From Nitrospirota bacterium (GTDB taxonomy: Bacteria; Nitrospirota; Thermodesulfovibrionia; Thermodesulfovibrionales; JdFR-86), in the NCBI GenBank assembly GCA_963721805.1, contig CAVRJY010000001.1:1344001-1408000 (forward strand): a stretch of DNA of 64,000 nt, read 5' to 3'. The notes beneath the pieces were generated by a model. It was not told the DNA's origin and ran no database searches. It saw only the letters and a list, made by a program, of their open reading frames with translations. Positions 15,743 through 25,265 of the stretch are shown here, piece after piece (positions within the stretch are counted from its first letter, which is position 1; the number at the start of each line of letters is the position of its first letter). The position numbers were made by a program, and so were the translations under genes.

Positions 15743-17736
15743 TTGAGAAGATCTCGAAGCTCCTGGAGGATGGGGACGTAGAACTCAGGCGTCAGGCCGT
15801 GATCGATCTGCGCTCGCTCAAGGATAAGGTCCCGGCCGAAGATGCCGTGAGGCTTCTGCTGAGGGCCATGCAGGACCCCAACTGGCGCGTGCGCAAGACC
15901 GCGATCGAGATGCTCTCGGCCGATTATCCCCCTGAGAGCTACCTCAAGGGGCTGCTGAACCTGCTTCAGATGGAAGGCAACGCCGGGGCGCGCAGTGGCG
16001 CCATGGAGGCCTTTGTCCGGCTCGGCAAGGGCGCCACCGGGTTCCTGATGCGCGAGTTCGAAACCCCGGACGCCGATACCAGAAAATTCATCATAGATAT
16101 CCTGGGGCAGATTAACGACCGAAAAGCCCTGCCCCTGCTGCTCGGGGCCTTAAACGACCGGGACGAAAACGTGCGCGCGGCCGCTGTGGAATACCTCGGC
16201 TGCCTGCGCGAGGCCACGGTAGTCGAGAGGCTGATCGAGATCATGCGGAGCGGGGATCTCTGGACCGCGTATCCTGCGGTCGAAGCCTTGGGGAAAATAG
16301 GCGACCCCGCGGCTGTCCCGGCGTTAGAGGAGTGCCTCGCGAAGGGACCGCTCAAAGAGGTCGCCCTCAGGGCGCTGGCCGAGATCGGCGACACGCGCTC
16401 CATAGACACTATTGTCCCGCTCGTAGAGGACAGGTCAAAGTCGGTCCAGCACGAGGCGCTCGTAGCTATATCGACGATGTACCACGGCGGCGTCTCGGAG
16501 GAGGCCATAATCGCCGGGCTCCGCAAGCACCTCGGCGAGAGGGCGGTCTCGGTGCTCCTGAACCACGCATGGAGCAGCAGGCACGATGTCCGCGTGGCGG
16601 CCATCCTGTTCCTCGGCATGCTCAGGGACCTCAGCGCGCTTGAGCCGCTGATGGAACTCTCGCAGGAGGAGGAATACCGCGACGACGTCAAGCGCGCTCT
16701 CGTATTCATCGGCCGCGAGCAGCCGGAAGCCCTGATGCCGCTTTTTAAGATGCGCGGCGATTACCACGCGCGGGTTATTTCCTCAGTCGCGGCCGAGATC
16801 GCGGTGAAGGATTATTTCGAGCCCCTGATCGACATGCTTGCGGGCGAAGACGGACACGTGAGGTCTAACGCCATGTACGGCCTTATGAGGATCGGGGACG
16901 AGCGCGCGATCACGCCGATCCTGGGGATGCTCACAGACCCTTACGTGGATGTCCAGGAGATGGCGGTCGAATGCCTGGCGAGATTCCACGACTGGCTGGA
17001 CCTGGACGGGCTGGCGCGTATGCTGCACGACCCTGACCCGGTCCGGAGGAAGAACGTGGCGGCCCTGCTTGGCAAGCTCGGGCGTCCGTCGATGGCCGAG
17101 GACCTCAGCTTCGCGATGCAGGACGAAAACGCCCACGTCCGCAGGGCGGCCATCAACGCCATGGCAAACATCCCCTCCCCAAAGACTGTCGAATACCTCA
17201 TGGCCGCGATCACGGACGAGGACACCGACAACCGCATATCGGCCATCCTGGGGCTCGGGGCGATAGCAGGAGAGCAGGCCGTTGAGCCTCTGCTGCTGGT
17301 GTTCGGCGATGACGACGACATGCTCAAGGTATACGCCATCAAGGCGCTCGGCATGATAGGCAGCCCCAAGGCCATGCCCGACCTCATCAAGCAGTTCGAC
17401 AACCCCAACGGGTTTGTCGTGAGTGCGGCCATCGAGGCGGTCTCGAAGATCGGCGGCGCGGTCGCGGTCGATGCGTTACGGCGGCTGCTGCCGTCGCGCG
17501 ACGACGAGATCAGGCGCACGGCGATACGTGCACTGGGCGGGTTTATAGACACCGAGGAGTTGATCTACCCGTTTCTGGAAGACTCGGACTGGGCCACGAG
17601 GGCCGCGGCCGTGGAGTCGCTGGCCCCCAAGGGCGACGGCGAGGTGCTCCGCCGCCTGGAGCGCTCGCTTGAGAGGGAAGAGGACAGTGTAGTAAGGGTC
17701 ATGCTGGAGAAGGCGATAAATGATCGACAGAGATGA
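15739..17736 (+). CDS. HEAT-repeat (PBS lyase-type) protein
   Basis: Many repeats of the form L.D....VR..A..ALG.IG (DPNWRVRKTA, DRDENVRAAAVEYLG, DENAHVRRAAINA). Confidence 0.9.
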   Translation: MIEKISKLLEDGDVELRRQAVIDLRSLKDKVPAEDAVRLLLRAMQDPNWRVRKTAIEMLSADYPPESYLKGLLNLLQMEGNAGARSGAMEAFVRLGKGATGFLMREFETPDADTRKFIIDILGQINDRKALPLLLGALNDRDENVRAAAVEYLGCLREATVVERLIEIMRSGDLWTAYPAVEALGKIGDPAAVPALEECLAKGPLKEVALRALAEIGDTRSIDTIVPLVEDRSKSVQHEALVAISTMYHGGVSEEAIIAGLRKHLGERAVSVLLNHAWSSRHDVRVAAILFLGMLRDLSALEPLMELSQEEEYRDDVKRALVFIGREQPEALMPLFKMRGDYHARVISSVAAEIAVKDYFEPLIDMLAGEDGHVRSNAMYGLMRIGDERAITPILGMLTDPYVDVQEMAVECLARFHDWLDLDGLARMLHDPDPVRRKNVAALLGKLGRPSMAEDLSFAMQDENAHVRRAAINAMANIPSPKTVEYLMAAITDEDTDNRISAILGLGAIAGEQAVEPLLLVFGDDDDMLKVYAIKALGMIGSPKAMPDLIKQFDNPNGFVVSAAIEAVSKIGGAVAVDALRRLLPSRDDEIRRTAIRALGGFIDTEELIYPFLEDSDWATRAAAVESLAPKGDGEVLRRLERSLEREEDSVVRVMLEKAINDRQR

Positions 17737-18622
17737 GACCTTCCATCTGCCGCTCGACGTCTTCAAGCTTCTGCGGGACCTGATCTCCGAGTACTGCGGG
17801 ATATACTTTGACGATTCGTCGAGGCATCTGGTCGAGAAGCGCCTGAGCCGCCGCGTCTTGCTCAACAGGCTCGACGACTTCCGCGATTACTACAGGCTCC
17901 TGCTCTACGACAAGCGGCGCGAAGAGGAACTTGCCGCCATAGTGGACATCATCACCGTCAATGAGACCTATTTCTTCAGGGAGCAAAACCAGCTCAAGGC
18001 GTTCGTCGAGGAGGTCTGCGCCGAACTCAAGGCGACACGCAACGAGACGCGCAGGCTGCGCATATGGTCGGCCGGCTGCTCCTCGGGCGAGGAGCCCTAC
18101 ACGATCGCGATGCTGCTGCTGGAGAACCGCTGGCTCTTCGACGGATGGAACATCGAGATCGTCGCGAGCGACATAAACCGGCGCGTGCTGCATCAGGCCC
18201 GGCGCGGCGTATACAGAAAACCCTCCTTCCGGAGCACTGACGAGAAGATCGTCAAAAAGTATTTCACGGTGCAGGACGGCGAATACGTGCTCAATGACGA
18301 GGTAAAGAGGCTGGTGACGTTCAGCAACCTGAACCTTCTGGATGCGGTAAAGACGCGGTTCGTTGGCACGATGGACGTGATATTCTGCAGAAACGTGCTC
18401 ATATACTTCAACCCGGAGGCGAAAAAGAAAGTGATAGATATTTTCTTCAACAGGCTCAACGACGGGGGCTACATGCTGCTCGGTCATGCCGAGTCGCTCA
18501 TAAACCTTTCGACCGCGTTCGCGTTGAAACATCTGAAAAACGACATGGTGTACCAGAAACCTCGAAAGGCCCCCGTATCGATCTCTGATGAAAACCTCTA
18601 CAAGATGGTCTGGGGGAAGTAA
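17720..18622 (+). CDS. cheR: Chemotaxis protein-glutamate methyltransferase CheR
   Basis: TVNETYFFRE, RIWSAGCSSGEEPYTIA, DVIFCRNVLIYF and LLGHAESL. Confidence 0.97.
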   Translation: MIDRDETFHLPLDVFKLLRDLISEYCGIYFDDSSRHLVEKRLSRRVLLNRLDDFRDYYRLLLYDKRREEELAAIVDIITVNETYFFREQNQLKAFVEEVCAELKATRNETRRLRIWSAGCSSGEEPYTIAMLLLENRWLFDGWNIEIVASDINRRVLHQARRGVYRKPSFRSTDEKIVKKYFTVQDGEYVLNDEVKRLVTFSNLNLLDAVKTRFVGTMDVIFCRNVLIYFNPEAKKKVIDIFFNRLNDGGYMLLGHAESLINLSTAFALKHLKNDMVYQKPRKAPVSISDENLYKMVWGK

Positions 18623-18625
18623 GGC

Positions 18626-19681
18626 ATGAAGATCAAAGTCCTCGTAGTGGACGACTCCGCCTTCAGCCGCCAGACGATAAAGGAGATGCTCAGGGCCATA
18701 AGCGACGTCGAGGTCGTGGGCACCGCCACGGACGGCATCGACGCGATGACCAAGACGCTGAAGCTCAAACCCGACCTGATCACGCTCGATATCGAGATGC
18801 CGCGCATGGACGGTTTCAGCTTCCTAAGGTGGCTGATGCACGAGCGGCCGGTGCCTGTGCTGGTCGTGAGTTCCCAGTCGGACAAAAAAACCGTGTTCAA
18901 GGCGCTCGAGCTCGGGGCCGTCGACTTCATCTCGAAACCGTCCAAGCGGGCCTCGGTCGAACTGCGCGCCATCCAGAAGGACCTGATAGCCAAGGTGCAC
19001 GGCATCGCCGGCATGAATATGAAGGTCCTGAACAATACTCTCCGCCTGATCGCGTCCTCTGACGAGGAGGCGGTCGAGGTCAAGCCTATCAAGTCCCATA
19101 CCGAACTCGTCGCTATCGGCTCGTCCACGGGCGGCCCGACGGCCCTGCAGGTCATGCTCACGAGGATCCCCAAGGACTTCCCCTGCGGCATCGTCATAAG
19201 CCAGCACATGCCGCGCGGGTTCACGAAGTCCCTGGCCGACAGGCTCAACTCGATCTGCGGCCTGTACGTTAAGGAGGCGGAGGAGGACGACGAGGTCCGG
19301 CCCGGCGTGGCCCTGATATCTCCGGGCGGCAGCCATTTGACGTTCAAAAAAAACCACACCGGCGTCAAGGTAGCGCTCGTAAGCCCCACCGAAGACGACA
19401 AGTACACCCCATCGGTGGACCGCATGCTGCTTTCGGCCCTGGGCATTTATGGCGACAGGATGCTGGGGGTGGTCGTAACCGGGATGGGCAACGACGGCAA
19501 GGAGGGCATGACCGCGCTGCATGGAAAAGGCGGATATACGGTAGCCGAGAGCGAGGAAACCGCGGTGGTCTACGGCATGCCGGCCGAGGTCATAAACGCG
19601 GGGGCCGCATCGCGAGTGCTGCCTCTCGATAAGATCCCCGGAGAGGTCATCCGCGTGGTCATGGGCGAGCGCAGGTTATGA
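18626..19681 (+). CDS. cheB: Chemotaxis response regulator / methylesterase CheB
   Basis: REC domain (VVDDS, TLDIEMP) plus IGSSTGGP, QHMP, PSVD and TGMGNDG. Confidence 0.97.
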   Translation: MKIKVLVVDDSAFSRQTIKEMLRAISDVEVVGTATDGIDAMTKTLKLKPDLITLDIEMPRMDGFSFLRWLMHERPVPVLVVSSQSDKKTVFKALELGAVDFISKPSKRASVELRAIQKDLIAKVHGIAGMNMKVLNNTLRLIASSDEEAVEVKPIKSHTELVAIGSSTGGPTALQVMLTRIPKDFPCGIVISQHMPRGFTKSLADRLNSICGLYVKEAEEDDEVRPGVALISPGGSHLTFKKNHTGVKVALVSPTEDDKYTPSVDRMLLSALGIYGDRMLGVVVTGMGNDGKEGMTALHGKGGYTVAESEETAVVYGMPAEVINAGAASRVLPLDKIPGEVIRVVMGERRL

Positions 19682-20544
19682 GCCCGGGCAAATACCCGCG
19701 CCTGCCGGAGTGGATCACAGCCCGGCACGAGCACCGCGAGCTCAGCGCGACGAAGCGCCGGCTCCGCAGCCACGGCGTGGCCACGGTCTGCGAGGAGGCG
19801 CGCTGCCCCAACAAGGGCGAGTGCTTCAAGCGGCCGACCGCGACGTTCATGATCCTCGGCACCCGCTGCACGCGGGGCTGCGGGTTTTGCTCTGTGACGC
19901 CCGGCGATCCGATGCCCCTTGATCCGGACGAGCCGTTGAAGGTCGCGGAGGCTGCGGCCGAGATGGGGTTGAAGTACGTAGTAGTCACCTCGGTCACGAG
20001 GGACGACCTCCCGGACGGCGGCGCACAACACTTTGCGGCGACCATCCGCGCGATCCGAAACTTGCTGCCCGGGGCGAGGGTCGAGGTGCTGACCCCGGAT
20101 TTCCAGGGTGATACGGGCGCGGTCGATACCGTGTTAGATGCCAAGCCCGACGTATTCAACCATAATGTCGAGACCGTGCCAGCGCTTTATGGCAGGGTCA
20201 GGCCGCGCGCGGACTACCAGAGATCTCTGGATGTGCTCCGCCACGCAAAGCTCCGTGCACCCTCCAAGCTGACCAAGTCCGGGTTGATGCTCGGCCTTGG
20301 CGAGGCGATGGATGAAGTGCGCCGTGTGCTGTTGGACTTGAGGGGCGCGGGATGTGATATGCTAACAGTTGGCCAGTATCTCAGGCCGTCCAGGACGGGT
20401 CTGCCTGTCGTGGAATATGTGAAGCCTGAGGTCTTCGAGGCGCTCGGCCTGGAAGCTCGCGAGATGGGTTTTAGATATGTGGCCTCCTCGCCTCTGGTGA
20501 GGAGTTCGATGAACGCGGAAGAGTTGTTCATGACGGAGGACTGA
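19678..20544 (+). CDS. lipA: Lipoyl synthase
   Basis: TVCEEARCPNKGEC, CTRGCGFC, TSVTRDDLPDGGA, FNHNVETV and PLVRSS. Confidence 0.97.
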   Translation: MSPGKYPRLPEWITARHEHRELSATKRRLRSHGVATVCEEARCPNKGECFKRPTATFMILGTRCTRGCGFCSVTPGDPMPLDPDEPLKVAEAAAEMGLKYVVVTSVTRDDLPDGGAQHFAATIRAIRNLLPGARVEVLTPDFQGDTGAVDTVLDAKPDVFNHNVETVPALYGRVRPRADYQRSLDVLRHAKLRAPSKLTKSGLMLGLGEAMDEVRRVLLDLRGAGCDMLTVGQYLRPSRTGLPVVEYVKPEVFEALGLEAREMGFRYVASSPLVRSSMNAEELFMTED

Positions 20545-20550
20545 AGATAG

Positions 20551-21738
20551 ATGTTTGATTTCGGACGGATAAAGAGGCTGCCGCCATATGTATTTGCCAT
20601 AGTAAATAACCTCAAGATGGAGGCCCGCCACAAGGGCGAGGATATCATCGACCTGGGCATGGGAAACCCTGATCTCCCGGCGCCCAAGCACATAGTCGAC
20701 AAACTCTGCGAGGCCGCCAACAACCCCAAAAACCACCGCTACTCGGCCTCGAAGGGGATCACGCAGCTCCGCATGGCGGTCGCCGAGCGGTACAAGCGCA
20801 TGTATGACGTGGACCTCGACCCTGAGCACGAGACAGTGGTCACGATAGGGTCGAAGGAAGGCCTCTCGCACCTCGCGCTCGCAGCGATACAGCCCGGCGA
20901 CGTGGTCATCACGCCCACGCCCGCCTACCCGATCCACCCCTATAGCGCGATCATAGCCGGCGGTGACGTCCAGTACGCGCCGATCGGGCCTGGCGTGGAT
21001 TTTTTTTACGAGATCGAGAAGGCATACAAGAAGTCCTGGCCCCGCGCCAAGGTGCTTATGATAAACTTCCCCCACAACCCCACTACCGAGGTCGTCGAGG
21101 GGCTGGATTTCTTCACGAAGGTCGTGGACTTCGCCCGCGAAAACAAGATCATGGTCCTGCACGACAACGCATACGCGGACCTCACCTTCGACGGCTACAA
21201 GGCGCCGAGCTTTCTGCAGGCCCCCGGGGCCAAGGAGGTCGGCGTGGAGTTCTACTCGCTCACGAAGAGCTACTCCATGGCCGGATGGAGAGTAGGATTT
21301 TGCGTCGGCAACCGCGAGATCGTCGGAGCGCTAATCAAGATCAAGAGCTACCTGGACTACGGGATGTTCCAGCCGATACAGATCGCCAGCATCGTCGCGC
21401 TGCGCGGCCCTCAGGAGTGCGTGGCCGAGCACGTGAAGATTTACCGTTCCCGCCGCAACGAGCTCATAAAGGGGCTTCACCGCGCCGGGTGGGAGGTGCC
21501 CTCGCCCAAGGCCACGATGTTCGTATGGGCCCCAATACCGGCCGAGTTTAGGCATATGGGCTCGCTCGACTTCTGCAAATACCTGATCAACGAGGCCGGA
21601 GTCGCGGTATCGCCGGGCATAGGGTTCGGGGAGGGCGGGGACGAATACGTCCGGTTTGCGCTCGTAGAGAACGAGCACCGCATCCGCCAGGCCGCTAAGG
21701 GCATCAAGAAGGCGCTGAGCAAAACACCTCCGAAATAG
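20551..21738 (+). CDS. alaC: PLP-dependent class I/II aminotransferase, AlaC (YfdZ)-like
   Basis: [41 protein letters not shown] and [15 protein letters not shown]. Substrate not certain. Confidence 0.8.
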   Translation: MFDFGRIKRLPPYVFAIVNNLKMEARHKGEDIIDLGMGNPDLPAPKHIVDKLCEAANNPKNHRYSASKGITQLRMAVAERYKRMYDVDLDPEHETVVTIGSKEGLSHLALAAIQPGDVVITPTPAYPIHPYSAIIAGGDVQYAPIGPGVDFFYEIEKAYKKSWPRAKVLMINFPHNPTTEVVEGLDFFTKVVDFARENKIMVLHDNAYADLTFDGYKAPSFLQAPGAKEVGVEFYSLTKSYSMAGWRVGFCVGNREIVGALIKIKSYLDYGMFQPIQIASIVALRGPQECVAEHVKIYRSRRNELIKGLHRAGWEVPSPKATMFVWAPIPAEFRHMGSLDFCKYLINEAGVAVSPGIGFGEGGDEYVRFALVENEHRIRQAAKGIKKALSKTPPK

Positions 21739-21752
21739 TAGGGTAAGGCATC

Positions 21753-21810
21753 TATAATAAGCTCCCAGCGAAAGCAGCTCGATTTCAGCTTGGAGCTTAT
21801 TGTATTTGTT
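21753..21810. terminator. Long imperfect hairpin between convergent genes
   Basis: tataataagctcc...ggagcttattgta followed by tttgttt. Confidence 0.55.
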
Positions 21811-21855
21811 TGGTATCAACCTCCAGGGCCCTTATCGGCATCCTGCGATTTCGGA

Positions 21856-23784
21856 TTAATAATCCTCACCCCGGCCGGGTTTAGCTTCCCAGTAGCCGCC
21901 ATTCCATTGCAGGTGATAGTGTGTGCCGTTGACTTCCCCGAGGTCCGGGTTATCATACCTCTGATTTGAACCATCGGACCCCCGATAGTTAACGATGGCC
22001 ACAAACGCGGGTGTCAGCTCGCGCACAGTGCCGCTTTCAAGCTGATCTTTGATCTCCGGGGGAAAGTACAAGAGGGACCCCTTCGCGCCTCCCTGTCCAA
22101 GGACATAGAATTCCCGTCCTCCTATGTTTGTCTTGCCGCCGGCATATACCGCCTGGCTGGCGAGTTCCTTCAGCAGAAAGAGCAGGCTTGTCTGAATAGA
22201 AGCAGATGCGTTATTTGTCGGCCGGATGGTAATTTTGGCGTCTCCGTCGCCATATGAGGTCACTGTAAGCGTCATCAAGTCCCGATTGGGATCCCGGTCA
22301 TCCAGCCAAAAGGTCTGAGTGCCCCTCCAATCTACGCTGAACTTTTGACCGAAAACATCGTTACTCGAGGTAAGGTCGAATACTTGAAAATAGGTGTGCA
22401 AGTATCCGTTTTCCTTGCGTGTAGCTATTTTTAGAGATATGGTGCGCTCGTTGCCACTGGAGTCAAAACTCATGTTTTGGACCACAGCCCCGTAACGGTA
22501 TAGGGCGTCAAAGTTATAACCCTCACCCTGTCCGCCACCATACTTGGCCTTTATCGCGGCCTCGCGCTTTTCTTTAAGTTCTTGTTGCGCCTCGATCTCA
22601 TATATCTTATTCTGGGCCTGATCTTTGTCGGCCTCGCTTGGGTTTGTTAAAAGATACAGGTTGATGGACTCCTTCGCATCGTCATACCATCCTGCTCCCG
22701 CAAGGGCAATACCCAAATTGTAATATGCGTTGCCCCACCAGGGAGCTTCGAACAGGGCCTCCTCGTATGCGTCTATGGTGTATTTATAGTCCGAAGAGTT
22801 TTTTGCGTCCTTTAGGAACGTGTTAGCCTTTACGAAGTTACGCTTCGCTCCCTCAGGTATTGCCGGTGCGGGCTTCATGGTGGATGCGTATTTGACGATA
22901 TCCCCCAGGAGAGCGGTATCAACAAACCAGCCGCTGCTCACTGTTTTCTTGCGGGTACCACCATAATCCAAATCCGGAATATCTTTGGTGACAGGGCCGC
23001 TGAAAAGGTTAGCCCTTCTTGATTTAAGGCTGGACAGCAATCCTTCGAATTTCCAATGTTCAATTTTTTCAGCCAGATTCGGGTCCGGTGGACTTACCGC
23101 TTTTTCAGCCAGATTCGGGTCCGGTGGACTTACCGCATATCCTGGCATGGTGGCGCCATTAGGCCCATCCTTTATTTGCGCGAACGAGGAAATCATCTGC
23201 TCGTAATATTGATTGTACCTCTCATAGCTGTCGTCCGGAACAAAATACGCAAATACATAAAACCCTGAAGGCGCAGGCACAACGGTCCAGACCTGTCTTC
23301 CGCCGTTGCGCGCAGCTTCGTCGATCCCAACCAGCCCTCCCAATCGAGCACGCCTGTTATCGGGATCAGTGCTTTGCTGGAGCCTATCGAGCCGTCCCGC
23401 AAACCGTTGTGCTTTCCTGTCCCCTATGCTTATTTCGTGTGCCTGCTCGGTTACGAGCCCGGTTCCGTACCAATTACTGAATTGATTGGCAAAATCCTCC
23501 GGGCCTGAATACAGCTCAAGCGTGCCGTCCACCTGCCTGTGGGTGGAATAGCGCGTATACCAACGGATTTGCAGGATAGCATCGGGTTCGAAACCCTTGA
23601 AGGATGTGTTGGTATAATGTGTTCCTTCGGCGTCTATGTTCGCATTCCACCCCTCGGGCACGGCTATCTTGAAGTCGCCCCACGTCGAAGTGTAAGGCGT
23701 AGTGCGCAGCTCGTCAGCCTGAGCCTGCAAGGCGGACATCATTAATAATAACAGCGCAGACGCTATAAGGCTTATCCTTTTCAT
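21856..23784 (-). CDS. Secreted hypothetical protein with central TPR motifs
   Basis: Signal peptide MKRISLIASALLLLMMSALQAQA, TPR-like IDAYEEALFEAPWWGNAYYNLGIALAGAG, 642-aa ORF in AT-richer DNA. Confidence 0.75.
   Translation of the reverse strand: MKRISLIASALLLLMMSALQAQADELRTTPYTSTWGDFKIAVPEGWNANIDAEGTHYTNTSFKGFEPDAILQIRWYTRYSTHRQVDGTLELYSGPEDFANQFSNWYGTGLVTEQAHEISIGDRKAQRFAGRLDRLQQSTDPDNRRARLGGLVGIDEAARNGGRQVWTVVPAPSGFYVFAYFVPDDSYERYNQYYEQMISSFAQIKDGPNGATMPGYAVSPPDPNLAEKAVSPPDPNLAEKIEHWKFEGLLSSLKSRRANLFSGPVTKDIPDLDYGGTRKKTVSSGWFVDTALLGDIVKYASTMKPAPAIPEGAKRNFVKANTFLKDAKNSSDYKYTIDAYEEALFEAPWWGNAYYNLGIALAGAGWYDDAKESINLYLLTNPSEADKDQAQNKIYEIEAQQELKEKREAAIKAKYGGGQGEGYNFDALYRYGAVVQNMSFDSSGNERTISLKIATRKENGYLHTYFQVFDLTSSNDVFGQKFSVDWRGTQTFWLDDRDPNRDLMTLTVTSYGDGDAKITIRPTNNASASIQTSLLFLLKELASQAVYAGGKTNIGGREFYVLGQGGAKGSLLYFPPEIKDQLESGTVRELTPAFVAIVNYRGSDGSNQRYDNPDLGEVNGTHYHLQWNGGYWEAKPGRGEDY
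23065..23136. repeat. Perfect 36-bp tandem duplication (AVSPPDPNLAEK x2)
   Basis: tttttcagccagattcgggtccggtggacttaccgc at 23065-23100 and 23101-23136. Confidence 0.95.
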
Positions 23785-25013
23785 TGCTCCTCGCCTTTCT
23801 TAAGCTCGGGATGATTATCAACAAACTTGCCGACCTCTACGGAGAACTTTTTAAGGGAACTCTGCCGCACCTTTACGGCGGCCTCATCCACTTTGTTCGA
23901 GTAATCGTCCACTATGGCCTGCATCTTCTGGCGGTATGCTGGATCTTCATGATCTTTCTTCTTGTATTCGTTAAAATCCCTCACGCCGTATCTCTTATTC
24001 AGCTCCTCAAACTGTTTAGTCGCTTGGGTTCGGAGCTTGTCAGTCGCCCTGTATATCTCGGTCTCTTCCTCTTTGACTATCCGATCGCGCGCCTTTGTGA
24101 GTCCGGGGTCATCGGCCAGCTTCTTTATGACCTCTTCCGCCCGGTGCTTCCGGGTCTGAGTCTCGATATTTTTCTTCGCGGCCTCCTCGAAGGCCTTCCA
24201 TTTATCCGGCTCGCGCAGGGGGTTTATAAGCGGCTTATCAGGGTTTTTGGGGAACAGGCTTCTGTGCGCATCGGCAGGGAAAAGAAACTCTTTCACGTCG
24301 TCCATCCCCGCTGGCTCTCCGGGGAATAGGAACTCTTTCACATCGTCCGTCGTGGCACGCCTCGCCGGTTCGCCCGGAAAAAGAAACTCGCTGACCGGGT
24401 CAACCGAGGCACGCTGAGAGCCTGACGAGGGGGGTAACGCATGTGGCGTCTGGGATTTCTGCGTCTCGCCCTTAACCACACCGGGGTCAACGATATAAGG
24501 TGCCTTCTTGTCGCGCAGGTCAACTACGTTAGAATCCGTGACAGGCATCTCTCTAAGTCCAGGATTACCAGTATCGCTAAGGCCTTTTAAGCCTGAACCA
24601 CCGGCATCAGTGCCCTTGAGACCGAGTTCACCCTCTGTGATGCCCTTCATGCTCCTTAGGACGTTCTCTTTGTTTCTATCGAATTGCGCCTGTCTCTCCC
24701 GTGCTTCTTCCGCTTCATGTTTAAGCTGTTCCTCGATTTCTTGCTGCCTCTGCCTGTCTGCCTCTATCTGGCGCTGGCGTTCGGCCTCCTGACGCTGACG
24801 TTCGGCCTCGTAGTCATAGGGCTCGCCGCTTTCGCCACTGCCGCCGGACGGCGCGGTCCATCCGCATGCTTGTTTGCAGGCCTCGTCACCACCTGAAGGC
24901 ACGAATACTCCGCAATAGCAGGTGCCACCGCCCGTCGGCCCAGCAAAGCAAAGATTTGGTAATGCAAGGAAAGCGAGTGAAATGATGGCTAAAAGCCTTA
25001 ATGTATTTTGCAT
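23781..25013 (-). CDS. Secreted hypothetical protein with Cys-rich N-terminus, coiled coils and EFLFP repeats
   Basis: Likely start MQNTLRLLAIISLAFLALPNLCFA at 25013, then CYCG..CKQACG. Its stop overlaps the ATG of the next gene. Confidence 0.7.
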   Translation of the reverse strand: MQNTLRLLAIISLAFLALPNLCFAGPTGGGTCYCGVFVPSGGDEACKQACGWTAPSGGSGESGEPYDYEAERQRQEAERQRQIEADRQRQQEIEEQLKHEAEEARERQAQFDRNKENVLRSMKGITEGELGLKGTDAGGSGLKGLSDTGNPGLREMPVTDSNVVDLRDKKAPYIVDPGVVKGETQKSQTPHALPPSSGSQRASVDPVSEFLFPGEPARRATTDDVKEFLFPGEPAGMDDVKEFLFPADAHRSLFPKNPDKPLINPLREPDKWKAFEEAAKKNIETQTRKHRAEEVIKKLADDPGLTKARDRIVKEEETEIYRATDKLRTQATKQFEELNKRYGVRDFNEYKKKDHEDPAYRQKMQAIVDDYSNKVDEAAVKVRQSSLKKFSVEVGKFVDNHPELKKGEEQ

Positions 25014-25167
25014 GACCCCGCCTGATAAGGGTTGCCCGTGAGGGTTTAAACAGGTTCGTTTGATTGAAGTATAGATGTAAATCTGCTCATTTTTCAAGAG
25101 ATATATTCTAACTATAACTTCATCCCTCTCCGCTAAACCTCTATTATTCTGACCATACAATATTGTC

Positions 25168-25196
25168 TTGACTGGCCTTACTCAAAGTGATATTAG
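25168..25196 (+). promoter_or_regulatory. Putative sigma70 promoter of the nitrite reductase gene
   Basis: TTGACT-N17-TATTAG, preceded by the palindrome acaatattgt (25157-25166). AAAGGAGG RBS near 25252. Confidence 0.35.
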
Positions 25197-25265
25197 TTAG
25201 ATAGTCTCTCAAATTCAGACTTTAGCCTCAGGGGGTACTGTCTCTATACCGAAAGGAGGGTGTAG

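Noticed and set aside
21753..21804. attC-like integron site next to the orphan genes
   Set aside because: There are no RYYYAAC/GTTRRRY boxes and no integrase; a terminator explains it better.
23065..23136. 36-bp repeat as a CRISPR array
   Set aside because: The copies are adjacent with no spacer, in frame within a CDS, and there are no cas genes.
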